A stretch of 35,993 nt of DNA from Promethearchaeota archaeon (GCA_016926735.1 JAFGOA010000021.1:1-35993), one strand, 5' to 3'. Positions 17,039 to 27,069 are shown, counted from the stretch's first letter. Numbers and translations are program-made. Notes: generated by a model from the letters alone, not told the origin.

Positions 17039-18274
17039 TTAAAAAACCTGTTCTTTTCCTGCAATTAAACGTTCTCTTAAATTAATAATATTTTCCTTGC
17101 TTAATTTTTCCTCAGCTACTTCGGTAGCTATTTTCTGTATACTTGAGAAATTAACGTTATCAGAAGGTATTAGACTGATAGAAGTAACCCAAGGGTCGGT
17201 AATTGGACGACCAATTTGAGATAATAATTTGACATGGGCTTCTAAAATATCTCCATTTCCTCTTGTGTAAATTTCCCGAGCAATATTAGTACTTAAAATG
17301 TTGTAGATTTTTCCAACATGATTAATTGGATTTTTTCCACATACTGCTTCTAAACTCATAGTACGACAGGGAGTAATTAAACCATTACTACGATTTCCTC
17401 TTCCAACTTGACCATCATCTCCAGCTTCAGCACTAGTACCTGTAATAGTAAGAAAAACAATATCTTTTTCAATTACATCTCCAACATTAATAGCACAAGA
17501 ACAATTTTTCTCTGGAATGATCTTGGTAGCTAGATCTAATACAGCATCCTTCATTTGTTCAATATAGTTAACATATTCACTTCTATCTTTAATATATTTA
17601 CTAACCATTGCACCACATATTGTGATATCAACATCTTTATCGACTCTTTGTACCATTACCTTGATATCTTCTCCTGATGCAGGACATTTACTTTTAAACT
17701 GATCTGAATTAAGCATTCTTTCTGTTTCTAATGCTATTTTTTCAACATCAGAATAAGGTGCAAAACCAACACCGAAACTTGTATCATTAGCAAGGGGTAC
17801 ACTTTCGATTGCGTCTGATTCTTCAAAAACACCTGTTAAATCAATTGAACCAGGTCTAACAGCATAATCAAATTGAATATGTTGATCTGATGAGATATCA
17901 ATATTTCTAAAAGTATCTCCAACAACTTGTCGGCAAGCATCCAAACAAAGAGTGGCTACTGGGACATATTCCAATTTATTATCTTTGAAAATTTGGTTAA
18001 TTGCCCGTCCTACTATTAAGAAATATTCGGGTTCTATTATTAATCCTCCACCATATTTTGGTTTAGAAATTCCCCCGACTAATGCTGCTTTATCAACATT
18101 ATGGTGATAATATCTACCAAAATTTTCAAAATAATACTTACAGAGAGCTCTAGAACAAGCATCTGCAGTCGCATCACATACAGAATCTGGATGCCCAACA
18201 CCTTTTCGTTCGACAATTTCTGGAAAATTACTCTTTTCAATTGGATCAAACTTGGCGTGATCGATTTTTAACAT
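17039..18274 (-). CDS. mat: S-adenosylmethionine synthetase, archaeal type
   Basis: EIVERKGVGHPD, ANDTSFGVG, GEDIKVM, SAEAGDDGQVGRGNR and GKNPINHVGKIYN. Confidence 0.96.
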   Translation of the reverse strand: MLKIDHAKFDPIEKSNFPEIVERKGVGHPDSVCDATADACSRALCKYYFENFGRYYHHNVDKAALVGGISKPKYGGGLIIEPEYFLIVGRAINQIFKDNKLEYVPVATLCLDACRQVVGDTFRNIDISSDQHIQFDYAVRPGSIDLTGVFEESDAIESVPLANDTSFGVGFAPYSDVEKIALETERMLNSDQFKSKCPASGEDIKVMVQRVDKDVDITICGAMVSKYIKDRSEYVNYIEQMKDAVLDLATKIIPEKNCSCAINVGDVIEKDIVFLTITGTSAEAGDDGQVGRGNRSNGLITPCRTMSLEAVCGKNPINHVGKIYNILSTNIAREIYTRGNGDILEAHVKLLSQIGRPITDPWVTSISLIPSDNVNFSSIQKIATEVAEEKLSKENIINLRERLIAGKEQVF

Positions 18275-18466
18275 TTAATCATCATCTATTTATTTAAATA
18301 ACAACTTAAATTATAAAATTAAATTATTCATCAAAAAAAAATTATACTACAAATATTAGAAAAGTCGATTAATATTGAAATCATTTCTTATAAAAATTAA
18401 GTATAAGTTTTGATCAATTTTATTGAATAAATTTTTTAAAATCATACAATATAATTCTAATAGGAA

Positions 18467-19486
18467 ATGAAATTATTAATTCAGAGAATAAATCAATTAC
18501 TTAAGGAAGCCAAATTTGAGACATTTGTTTTTGACTTTCCCTCACATATAAATAAGTTTTGTTATGATTTAATTGTAAAAAGAAACGATTTAGTCTTTAT
18601 TATTAAAACATTCCAAAATATAGATAATATTAATGAAGATATTATTAAAGGAATAAAATTATTATCCAAATTACTTAATTCTAAACCCTTATTAATCGGA
18701 GTTAAAAATCGTTATAAAAAATTAGAAGATAATACTATCTATCTTAGATATGATGTGCCCTTTATCACAGTAACTACTTTAGAAGGAATTCTAAAAAATG
18801 AGTTATATCCCTTTATTTTCGCTCGCAGAGGAGGTGGAATTGTTTTTATTGATGGGAAGTTGCTTAAAACCATAAGAGAAGAGCAAAACAAGACTAGAAA
18901 AGAATTATCTGAAGAAATAGGAATTACTAAAAGAACCCTTTGTTCATATGAAAATGAAAATATGAGACCATCAAAACAAATAGCTGAAAAAATAAGTGAG
19001 ATATTAAAGTCAAAATCTATATTTAGGGAAATTAATGTGTTTAATTGGGATATTAAAATTGATTTTAAGATTAAAGAAATAAAAAAAAATGAGGAGCTTA
19101 ACCAATTTGAAGAGCATATTCAAAATATAATTAAAGACATTGGAATTAAAACAAATTGGTATAAAACTGGCCTTTTTCCTTTTGATATGTTAATTTCTCC
19201 CCAAAAATGGGACAATCTTTCAGAAAATCAAATTTATCCTTTATGTTCTGATATAGCAAATGTAAAACAAGAAATTGATAAAAATTCTTTAATTAATTTA
19301 CTTACATTTACTAAATTATTTCAGAAAGATGCACTTTTTATTGTAGATAATGATTTTAAATTTCCTAATTTTACTTCAAAGGTTCAAATACCAATAATTA
19401 AAATCCGAACCCTTGAAAAAATAGATAATGAGGACGAATTTATTGATTATATACAGAATTTAAAAATAAAACCAAATAAAGAATGA
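18467..19486 (+). CDS. Archaeal Cro/C1-type HTH transcriptional regulator (COG1395-like)
   Basis: RRGGGIVFIDGKLLKTIRE...TRKELSEEIGITKRTLCSYENENMRPS. N-terminal nuclease-like fold (CYDLIVKR..FIIK). Confidence 0.8.
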   Translation: MKLLIQRINQLLKEAKFETFVFDFPSHINKFCYDLIVKRNDLVFIIKTFQNIDNINEDIIKGIKLLSKLLNSKPLLIGVKNRYKKLEDNTIYLRYDVPFITVTTLEGILKNELYPFIFARRGGGIVFIDGKLLKTIREEQNKTRKELSEEIGITKRTLCSYENENMRPSKQIAEKISEILKSKSIFREINVFNWDIKIDFKIKEIKKNEELNQFEEHIQNIIKDIGIKTNWYKTGLFPFDMLISPQKWDNLSENQIYPLCSDIANVKQEIDKNSLINLLTFTKLFQKDALFIVDNDFKFPNFTSKVQIPIIKIRTLEKIDNEDEFIDYIQNLKIKPNKE

Positions 19487-19509
19487 TAATGATCTGAAAT
19501 TGAAATTTT

Positions 19510-20229
19510 ATGTCTGAAAATTTAATATGTGGAATTGATGAGGCCGGGAGATCCAATTACATCTCGTAATAAAACCCCAAAGGCCCTGTCTTTGGTCCAA
19601 TGGTATTATGTGGTGTATGCTATAATGCATCTGAATTACAATATTTAAATGATATTGGTGTAAGAGATTCTAAACAACTTACTCCTAATAAAAGAACAAA
19701 ATTAGCTACCTTAATAAAAAAAAAATGCATTGGTTTTAAGGAGGTTCATGTATCCTCTGAAGAGATAGATAATCGAGAAGTAAGTAATATTTCATTAAAT
19801 CAACTTGAAGTTAATAAAATAGTTGAAATAATTGATACTTTGGAGCCAGATATTATATATATCGATGCTGCAGATGTAAATGAGGAAAGATTTGGTCAAA
19901 ATATTGAAAAACTTTTATCTTACAAACCAAAAGAGATAATATCTAAGCATAAAGCAGATGAAATTTACCCCATTGTATCTGCAGCTTCAATAATTGCAAA
20001 AACTAGTAGAGATACCGTAATAAATAGTATTAGAACTATTAATATAAATGATGGGCATGGAGATATCGGATCTGGATATCCTTCTGATAGAAAAACAACA
20101 GAATTTTTACGAAATTGGATAAAAAAATATAAAAAAGTTCCAGATTTTGCAAGAAAATCTTGGAAAACAACACAAAGAATCATAGATGAAGAATTAAATA
20201 ATAAAAAGATAACTGAATTTTTTAGCTAA
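19510..20229 (+). CDS. rnhB: Ribonuclease HII interrupted by a 30-nt putative intron; join(19510..19550,19581..20229), 229 aa spliced
   Basis: ATG at 19510 gives MSENLICGIDEAGR|GPVFGPMVLCG. Downstream motifs GVRDSKQL, IYIDAAD, HKAD, VSAASIIAK and GSGYPSD. The ORF track start (19600) lacks the catalytic DE motif. Confidence 0.93.
19551..19580 (+). other. Putative 30-nt BHB-like intron in rnhB
   Basis: ATCCAATTACATCTCGTAATAAAACCCCAA contains in-frame TAA TAA. Removing it restores DEAGRGP. Central helix (C)GGG/CCC(C), bulges AG|A and AA|A, exon helix GGCC/GGCC, internal hairpin ATTAC-ATCTC-GTAAT. Confidence 0.8.
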
Positions 20230-20230
20230 A

Positions 20231-20920
20231 TTATTTTTTTGCTATAAATACAATATGATCTGAAGCATATTTTTGAATATCTATGCTTTCTAAAATGAGT
20301 AAACCTGCTTCTTGCAAAACTCTTTTTTCCTTTTTATAGATTTTTTCTGATTTTGATACACTATCTATAGATTGGGATTTAATAGCTAAAATTAGGATAC
20401 CCTCTTCTTTTAAATAATAATCACAATTACGAACCGCTATTTCTGCTTGATTTGGTTGAGCTACATCTTGATAGATAATATCTATATCTGTAAAAATAGA
20501 TTTAGCATATTTTACAGGAAATCGAGCATCTCCTAGAATGGGAATTACATTCATTCGTTCTGAAGTATTTTGGATAAGCTGTCTAATACTTCTTTCTGCA
20601 AATTCCAATGCATAAATAATTCCATTAGTTAAAATATCAGATAAATGAGATATTGTTGTACCGGAAGCAGCTCCTAAATAAAGACATTTTGATCTTTTTG
20701 ATAAGAATTTTATTGAAGGATTTTTAAGAATTATTGAAGCTAATTTACTTCGATAAGGATTCCATTCTCGATATTCAATTCCATTATCAGTACATAATTT
20801 TTCTCCATATATTGTTTTTCCCTTAATTGCATTTTTTGTATATAATTTTGGTCTTTCTAGAGAACCAGAGATAAATACATTTTTTATGTGAGGATGTGGT
20901 CTAATTTTCTTTTTTTTCAT
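20231..20920 (-). CDS. flpA: Fibrillarin-like rRNA/tRNA 2'-O-methyltransferase
   Basis: YREWNPYRSKLAS, LYLGAASGTTISH, NVIPILGDAR and DVAQPNQA. Confidence 0.96.
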   Translation of the reverse strand: MKKKKIRPHPHIKNVFISGSLERPKLYTKNAIKGKTIYGEKLCTDNGIEYREWNPYRSKLASIILKNPSIKFLSKRSKCLYLGAASGTTISHLSDILTNGIIYALEFAERSIRQLIQNTSERMNVIPILGDARFPVKYAKSIFTDIDIIYQDVAQPNQAEIAVRNCDYYLKEEGILILAIKSQSIDSVSKSEKIYKKEKRVLQEAGLLILESIDIQKYASDHIVFIAKK

Positions 20921-20940
20921 TTTGATTCAACCTAATACTT

Positions 20941-22098
20941 TTAATTTTTCGGAGTTGGGTATTTAATTTTAATTTCTTCTATTTTTCTTTCGATATCCTT
21001 TATTAATTCATTACCAATAAATTTTCCTCCAAAGTAATCAACTTTTGCAGCAATAGCTAATTTACCAGCAATTAATCTTGCAATATTTCCCCTATGGTAT
21101 ATTTTACTACTCCTAATTTGTTGCCATTGAAAAATTAGACCATGTTTCGGTAATCTATCCCCTGATCTTAAAAATCGATATAAAGCACTTTCAGCCCCTA
21201 ATAACTGAATTCTTGAAGCGGGCATTATTGCTAATTTTCGAAGGGTTCCAGATTTAGCAATTAATTTTGCTCCAATTAAAGCTCCTACTATTGATTTTAT
21301 ATTTGGAGCTATCTCTTCCATTAAATTTTCTAAATATAATTCTAAATCGTTTCTATATTTTTCTAATGATAGAATTTGGTTTGCGCATTCTATAACCATG
21401 GATAAATCAATTTCTGCCCCCATAGATTCTTGAGCAATATTAAAAATATATTCTTTTTTTTTTTCCCCAATTTCTAATTTTTCTAATAAATCTTTAGAAA
21501 TATTATTTCTGTGTCCTGCTAAAGAAATTAGTTTTGCTAAAAAAATATTATCCTCAATTATTTTATCCGTTAACTCTGGAAAATGAAGGCCATACCATTC
21601 TTTTAATCGACTTGAAAAAAGACTTATTGTTTTCTTTAGCATATCCAAGTTATCAATTATTTGAATAATAATAATATCTTTTTTGTTTCCAACTTGTCTA
21701 ATTTTTAATTTTATTAATTGTTCATTGATATTTTTATAATTTATCAATAATTCCTCATAAGATGTAAATAATCCAATTTTTTTCAATTCATTGCTCAGAT
21801 TTAATCTAAAATTTCGGAATTCTAAAGAATCAATTTCTAAAAATGTTTTCAGATTATATACTTTGGATGTTAAGATTTGTAAATTCTCATCATCGAAGAT
21901 AAATTCATCAAAACCAGAGTTTTTCAACTCCGTAAATAATTCTAAATATTCGTCTTCTTCAATAATATCTTGACTTATTTGGGAGTAAAATTTAACAAAT
22001 CTTTGATTTGAATTATTAAAATCTCTAAAATTTAAGATATTTCCAGCATTGTCAATTACAAAGATTCCAACTAATGTGTTTATTATATAGCACTTCAT
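20941..22098 (-). CDS. nop5: Box C/D sRNP protein Nop5 (Nop56/58)
   Basis: LKEWYGLHFPEL, APNI, ASRIQLLGAE, PKHGLIF and KLAIAAKVD. Lies upstream of fibrillarin. Confidence 0.95.
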   Translation of the reverse strand: MKCYIINTLVGIFVIDNAGNILNFRDFNNSNQRFVKFYSQISQDIIEEDEYLELFTELKNSGFDEFIFDDENLQILTSKVYNLKTFLEIDSLEFRNFRLNLSNELKKIGLFTSYEELLINYKNINEQLIKLKIRQVGNKKDIIIIQIIDNLDMLKKTISLFSSRLKEWYGLHFPELTDKIIEDNIFLAKLISLAGHRNNISKDLLEKLEIGEKKKEYIFNIAQESMGAEIDLSMVIECANQILSLEKYRNDLELYLENLMEEIAPNIKSIVGALIGAKLIAKSGTLRKLAIMPASRIQLLGAESALYRFLRSGDRLPKHGLIFQWQQIRSSKIYHRGNIARLIAGKLAIAAKVDYFGGKFIGNELIKDIERKIEEIKIKYPTPKN

Positions 22099-22178
22099 TT
22101 TCTATTGATGATATCATACGTTAATTTCAAATAAAAAAATGACTATTAATAAATAATTATTATAATTTTTAAAAAGCT

Positions 22179-23105
22179 ATGTTAAATGTAAAGATTTCTA
22201 ATTTAGAATTAAAATCTCCTGTGATTTTAGCTTCAGGAATCCTTGGAGTATCATATTCATCAATGAAAAGAGTTTTTGATTCTGGAGCAGGAGCGATAAC
22301 AACAAAGTCAATAGGACCAAAACCAAGAAAAGGGTATAAGAATCCATCTATTTTTGAAATCTATCAAGGAAGTTTTCTTAATTGTGTTGGATTGGGTAAT
22401 CCTGGGATAGATGATTTTGTATATGAGATAAAAAAGATCAAAAAATATAATTTTCCATTAATTGTAAGTGTTTTTGGAGATTCTATTAATTCATATTTAG
22501 ATGTTGCACTTAAAGCACAAAATGCAGGTTGTGATGCTATAGAAACAAATATTTCATGTCCACATGCAGAAGTCTCTTCAATTGGAGTTAATTCTGAATT
22601 AACATTTACTCTTGTAAAGAGATTAAAACAGGAACTTTCAATACCTTTATTTGTTAAACTTAATCCAAATGTAACTGATATTACAGAAATAGCTTTAGCT
22701 GCAGAAAAAGGAGGTGCTGATGCTATAGTAGCAATAAATACTTTAACAGCTATGGCTATAGATATTAACACAAAAAGACCAATTCTTTCTCATGGGAGCG
22801 GCGGATTGTCAGGAAAGGCGATTCATCCAGTTGCTATTAAAAAAGTATATGATCTTTATAAAATTTTGAAAATACCAATAATTGGTTGTGGAGGAATTTC
22901 AAATTGGGAAGATATTGTCGAATTTTTTCTCGCTGGAGCATCTGCTATCGCTGTTGGAACAGCTCTCACCCAAGGAATGAAATTTTTTGAGAATATTAAT
23001 CAAAAATTAGAAAATTATCTTGAAAACAATGGATTTAATTCAATAAATGATATAAAAGGATTAGCTCATAATTTTCAAAATCAAGAGGTGCCTGATTTTG
23101 ACTGA
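22179..23105 (+). CDS. pyrD: Dihydroorotate dehydrogenase family 1B, catalytic subunit
   Basis: ASG, TTKS, GLGNPG, NISCPH, VKLNPN, INT, GGLSG and IIGCGGI. Confidence 0.93.
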   Translation: MLNVKISNLELKSPVILASGILGVSYSSMKRVFDSGAGAITTKSIGPKPRKGYKNPSIFEIYQGSFLNCVGLGNPGIDDFVYEIKKIKKYNFPLIVSVFGDSINSYLDVALKAQNAGCDAIETNISCPHAEVSSIGVNSELTFTLVKRLKQELSIPLFVKLNPNVTDITEIALAAEKGGADAIVAINTLTAMAIDINTKRPILSHGSGGLSGKAIHPVAIKKVYDLYKILKIPIIGCGGISNWEDIVEFFLAGASAIAVGTALTQGMKFFENINQKLENYLENNGFNSINDIKGLAHNFQNQEVPDFD

Positions 23106-23931
23106 AAATACAATCAAAACAACAAAAATCAACAATATTTCGGATGAATGTGAAGATATTAGGACAATTACATTTCATTTAGAAACTTCTTCTAAACCAA
23201 AGCCTGGACAATTTGTTATGATATGGGTTCCTGGAATTGATGAAATTCCTATGTCTATTTCTAACTATGATGAAAACGGGATTTGGGAAATAACTGTAAA
23301 AAAAATTGGTGATTGCACTCAAGCCCTTTTTAAATTAAAAAAAGGTGATTATATTGGAGTAAGGGGGCCATTAGGTAATTATTTTATTATACCTAAAGAA
23401 AAGGATACAAGAATAATCTTAGTTGGTGGTGGGATAGGACTAGCGCCTTTAAGATTTTTATCTTCAGAACTAAAAAAAAAAGAAAAGGAATTTCAATTTA
23501 TTATAGGAGCAAAAAAGGTCAATGAACTGGTGTTTGTAGATGATCCTAGTAATTATCTTGAAAATCACTACTATTGCACTGATGATGGGAGTTTTGGAGA
23601 AAAGGGTTATACTTCAGATATTTTTGAAAAAATTATAAATGAGATCCCTCTTAAAGAGTATAAAAACTTAGTTGTATATACATGCGGTCCAGAGATAATG
23701 ATGTTAAAAATACTAAATATTTGTATAAAAAATGGTATTCAATTATTTGCTAGTTTAGAAAGAATTATGAGATGTGGTTGTGGATTATGTGGATTATGTG
23801 TTCTCGATCCATTAGGGTTATTAGTATGTAGCGATGGTCCCATTTTTAATAGAGACACCTTAATAAAAATAAAAGATTTTGGAAAGAAAAAGAGAGATTT
23901 TTCTGGAAAAAAAATAAAATTAGGGTCCTAA
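23098..23931 (+). CDS. pyrK: Dihydroorotate dehydrogenase electron-transfer subunit
   Basis: KPGQFVMIW, RGPLGN, GGGIGLAP, TDDGSFG, CGP and CGCGLCGLC...VCSDGP (2Fe-2S). Overlaps the end of pyrD. Confidence 0.92.
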   Translation: MTENTIKTTKINNISDECEDIRTITFHLETSSKPKPGQFVMIWVPGIDEIPMSISNYDENGIWEITVKKIGDCTQALFKLKKGDYIGVRGPLGNYFIIPKEKDTRIILVGGGIGLAPLRFLSSELKKKEKEFQFIIGAKKVNELVFVDDPSNYLENHYYCTDDGSFGEKGYTSDIFEKIINEIPLKEYKNLVVYTCGPEIMMLKILNICIKNGIQLFASLERIMRCGCGLCGLCVLDPLGLLVCSDGPIFNRDTLIKIKDFGKKKRDFSGKKIKLGS

Positions 23932-25341
23932 ATTCTTAAACATCTCACTAAGATCTTTTAATAACTTATCATAAAATATTTCTTTTGTAAGTTCAAATTT
24001 TTGAATTCCTTGAACTCTCCTAATTCTCATTTGTAATCCCGGAATAAGGTCTGCTTCCTCTAAATAAATTGCTAAATAAGGTTTTTTTTGATTAATTGCA
24101 AAATGAATTTCATCTTGAGTATTATCCGAATTATTTACATTATTTGAAATAAATGATAAAAATACACTACTATTCATTAATTTCTCTGCGATTGTATTAC
24201 ACCAATCTTTCGATAATGGGATACCCTCATCATACCATATATTGAATCCTTGTTTATATATTTCATTTAGAATTGGGTAAACTTCTGCTTTATCTTTATG
24301 TGTATAACTTATAAATAAATAAGGATCATCTCCCATATATGATGAAAAAGGAGGCTCGATATCGATATCAGTTGTTGATTCCTTTATACTACCCCTTAAA
24401 TATTTCTCCAAATCAGTCTCATTTTTTGGTAATTTGGGATCGTTAAGCAGAGAAAACTTTTTCAGAATTTTATTTACTTGCTTTTGGTCTTTCATAATTT
24501 TATCAATTACGTTATAGGAATCAATTATTAATTTTACAGGTAGAGCTTCCTTATTATCTACTTTAATGTATCTTGTAATTAGATTTACAACCTTTTTTAC
24601 AACCCATGTTTCAATATCATCTTTCTCCTTTGAAATGTCTTTGGTTGATTTACCTGCATATTCCCCTGACCAATCTAAAATTACTAAATTTTGTTTTTCA
24701 TAAATATATATTTTATAACCATCTTCAAACATTATGCTTGGATCTTCTTTAAAAAGACTTTGAGTAGCTAATAAATCCAATCTCTTTTTTATTGAATTAT
24801 AAAACTTACTCTCAACACTAAAAGGTAGATCATCTACATTTAGTACGTTTTTACTTATCAACATCAAATAAATAGCCATTTGATGTAAACATAATCCTCC
24901 AGGTTTACCAATCTTACAATCACAATCTCTATCTATTGTATCATTATTTATTTGTAATGAAGATTTATGAGATCCATATTTTCCTTTATACCAAACAGTA
25001 TAACCATTTCCTCCGCCAATTATTGCAGCATTCTGTATCGTTTCTACTCTATTTTCTCCACTTATTAATTCAATACCTTTATTCATCAGATCATTCACAA
25101 ATTCACTCTCATGTTCTCTATATATTTGTTCCTTCCTCTTTTCAGAAATAGTTGAATCTAATAGGGTTATCAATTCTTCTTTTTTTAATTTTGAATATCC
25201 CTTTATTTTCTCTTCATTTTCTTTAGTTGATTCATTATAATCATGGAGAATCTCTTTTACTTTTAAAGCTGTAATAGAAAATAGAAATGTACGGAAATTT
25301 AAATATTCTAATTTTTCTTTTTTAGATATCTTTTGTGACAT
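23920..25341 (-). CDS. SWIM zinc finger plus C-terminal TIR domain protein
   Basis: N-terminal helix-extension-helix-like KGYSKLKKEELITLL. SWIM CDC-x8-CLH. TIR: PYLFISYTHKD, GFNIWYDEGI, VFLSFIS and TQDEIHFA. Start placed at MSQK (25341). Confidence 0.85.
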   Translation of the reverse strand: MSQKISKKEKLEYLNFRTFLFSITALKVKEILHDYNESTKENEEKIKGYSKLKKEELITLLDSTISEKRKEQIYREHESEFVNDLMNKGIELISGENRVETIQNAAIIGGGNGYTVWYKGKYGSHKSSLQINNDTIDRDCDCKIGKPGGLCLHQMAIYLMLISKNVLNVDDLPFSVESKFYNSIKKRLDLLATQSLFKEDPSIMFEDGYKIYIYEKQNLVILDWSGEYAGKSTKDISKEKDDIETWVVKKVVNLITRYIKVDNKEALPVKLIIDSYNVIDKIMKDQKQVNKILKKFSLLNDPKLPKNETDLEKYLRGSIKESTTDIDIEPPFSSYMGDDPYLFISYTHKDKAEVYPILNEIYKQGFNIWYDEGIPLSKDWCNTIAEKLMNSSVFLSFISNNVNNSDNTQDEIHFAINQKKPYLAIYLEEADLIPGLQMRIRRVQGIQKFELTKEIFYDKLLKDLSEMFKNLGP

Positions 25342-25429
25342 ATGCATTAATATTAACAATATATAAAAAATTATAGGAAAATACATAGAATACAAAAAAG
25401 ATTTTTTCAAATGAAGTATTATATAAAAT

Positions 25430-27055
25430 ATGGATAAGAATTTAGAGGATACAATAAAATTAAAAAAGCTTTCAAAAGAAATTATAAGCTATATAATCAG
25501 TAATCCTCATATCTCCAAAGATAAAATTACAAATATAAAAGCAAAATTAGGAAAAAAATATCATATTAAGAATGTTATAAAAAATGCAACAATCCTATAC
25601 TATGCTACAACAGAGGAAAAAAAAAAAATAATTCCTATATTAAAAAGAAGAAAAACAAGGACACTTTCTGGTGTTTCTGTAATTGCTATTATGACAAAAC
25701 CATTACTTTGTCCTGGAGAATGTGTTTTTTGTCCTGGAAAAAATTCTCAACCTTTTGAAAAAGTGGCACAATCTTATACTGGCAGAGAACCTGCTGCTAT
25801 GCGATCTATTCATTATAATTACGATCCTTATCTACAGGTTCAAAGTCGAATAGATGATCTTGAAAGTATTGGGCATAAGGTAGATAAAATTGAACTTGTC
25901 GTTATGGGTGGAACATTTCTATCAACAGATATCTCATATCAAAGGGAATTTATCAAAGGAGCATTAGAGGGTATAGTTGAAGAGAGAACATCTTCATTAG
26001 AAGAGGTTAAAAAAAAAGCAGAAACCTCTAAACGAAGATTAGTAGGAGTTACTATAGAAACTAGACCTGATTATTGTAGAACAAATGAAATCGATTTAAT
26101 GTTGAATTATGGTACGACTCGAGTTGAAATTGGAATCCAAACTATCTATGATGAAATATATAAGATTGTGAAAAGAGGCCATTCCATAGAAGATAGTATA
26201 CAAGCCATAAGACTGGCTAAAGATGCAGGTTTGAAGATTAATGCTCACATAATGCCTAATTTACCTAATTCTGATTATTATAAAGATTTAGAAATGTTTG
26301 ATGTTCTATTTAATAATCCTAATTATCGACCAGATATGTTAAAAATTTATCCAACAATAGTGATAAAAGGGACTATTTTGTATAATTGGTGGAAAGTGGG
26401 AAAATATAATTCTTATCCATTGAATAAATTGGTTGAATTAATTGCTACAGCAAAAAGCAATCTTCCACCTTATGTAAGAGTTCAGAGAATAATGCGGGAT
26501 ATACCCGCTAATTTAATTGTGTCAGGATGCAAAAAGAGTAATTTAAGACAATTAGTTAAAAATAAATTAAAAGAAATGAATCAGAAATGCAATTGTATAA
26601 GATGTCGTGAATATGGAATTGTAAAAAATTCGAAAATCCTCGAAGATAATTCATTAGATAATGTTAAATTATATCGTATAGATTATGAAGCTTCTAAAGG
26701 TCAAGAAATATTTCTATCCTATGAAAATAAAAAAGAAGGATTTTTGGTTGGATTTCTCCGTTTAAGAAAACCTTCAGAATTAGCTCATAGACCTGAATTA
26801 AATGATGGTAAAACAATGATTGTTAGGGAAGTACGCGTGGTTGGTGAATTAGTACCGAAAGATGTAAAACCAAATGGATTAACTCAAATTCAACATAGAG
26901 GATATGGAAAACAATTAATGCAAAATGCAGAAAAAATATCATTAGAAGAATTTGCTTCTAGAAAAATAGCAGTTATTAGTGGTATAGGTGTTCGAAATTG
27001 GTTTTATGATTTGGGTTATAAATTAGATGGTCCCTATGTTTCTAAAAAATTATAA
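25430..27055 (+). CDS. elp3: Elongator Elp3 (radical SAM + GNAT; tRNA U34 carboxymethylation)
   Basis: RTLSGVSVIAIMTKP, CPGECVFCPG, QSYTGREPA, TIETRPD, DMLKIYP, RVQRIMRDIP, QHRGYG and VISGIGVR. Confidence 0.96.
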   Translation: MDKNLEDTIKLKKLSKEIISYIISNPHISKDKITNIKAKLGKKYHIKNVIKNATILYYATTEEKKKIIPILKRRKTRTLSGVSVIAIMTKPLLCPGECVFCPGKNSQPFEKVAQSYTGREPAAMRSIHYNYDPYLQVQSRIDDLESIGHKVDKIELVVMGGTFLSTDISYQREFIKGALEGIVEERTSSLEEVKKKAETSKRRLVGVTIETRPDYCRTNEIDLMLNYGTTRVEIGIQTIYDEIYKIVKRGHSIEDSIQAIRLAKDAGLKINAHIMPNLPNSDYYKDLEMFDVLFNNPNYRPDMLKIYPTIVIKGTILYNWWKVGKYNSYPLNKLVELIATAKSNLPPYVRVQRIMRDIPANLIVSGCKKSNLRQLVKNKLKEMNQKCNCIRCREYGIVKNSKILEDNSLDNVKLYRIDYEASKGQEIFLSYENKKEGFLVGFLRLRKPSELAHRPELNDGKTMIVREVRVVGELVPKDVKPNGLTQIQHRGYGKQLMQNAEKISLEEFASRKIAVISGIGVRNWFYDLGYKLDGPYVSKKL

Positions 27056-27069
27056 AAATATAAAAAAAA

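Noticed and set aside
19482-19497. ATGATAATGATCTGA as a box C/D sRNA near fibrillarin/nop5
   Set aside because: The spacing between the C-like and D-like boxes is far too short for guide regions, and it overlaps the upstream stop codon.
19567-19572. Selenocysteine/pyrrolysine or stop read-through as the explanation for the in-frame stops
   Set aside because: The stops are TAA, doubled in rnhB, not TGA or TAG. Read-through would still leave 10 extra residues inside invariant motifs.
19600-20229. ORF-track start at 19600, or calling rnhB a pseudogene
   Set aside because: The catalytic GIDEAGR lies upstream in the same frame. The remaining motifs are intact with no other lesions, so decay is less likely than splicing.
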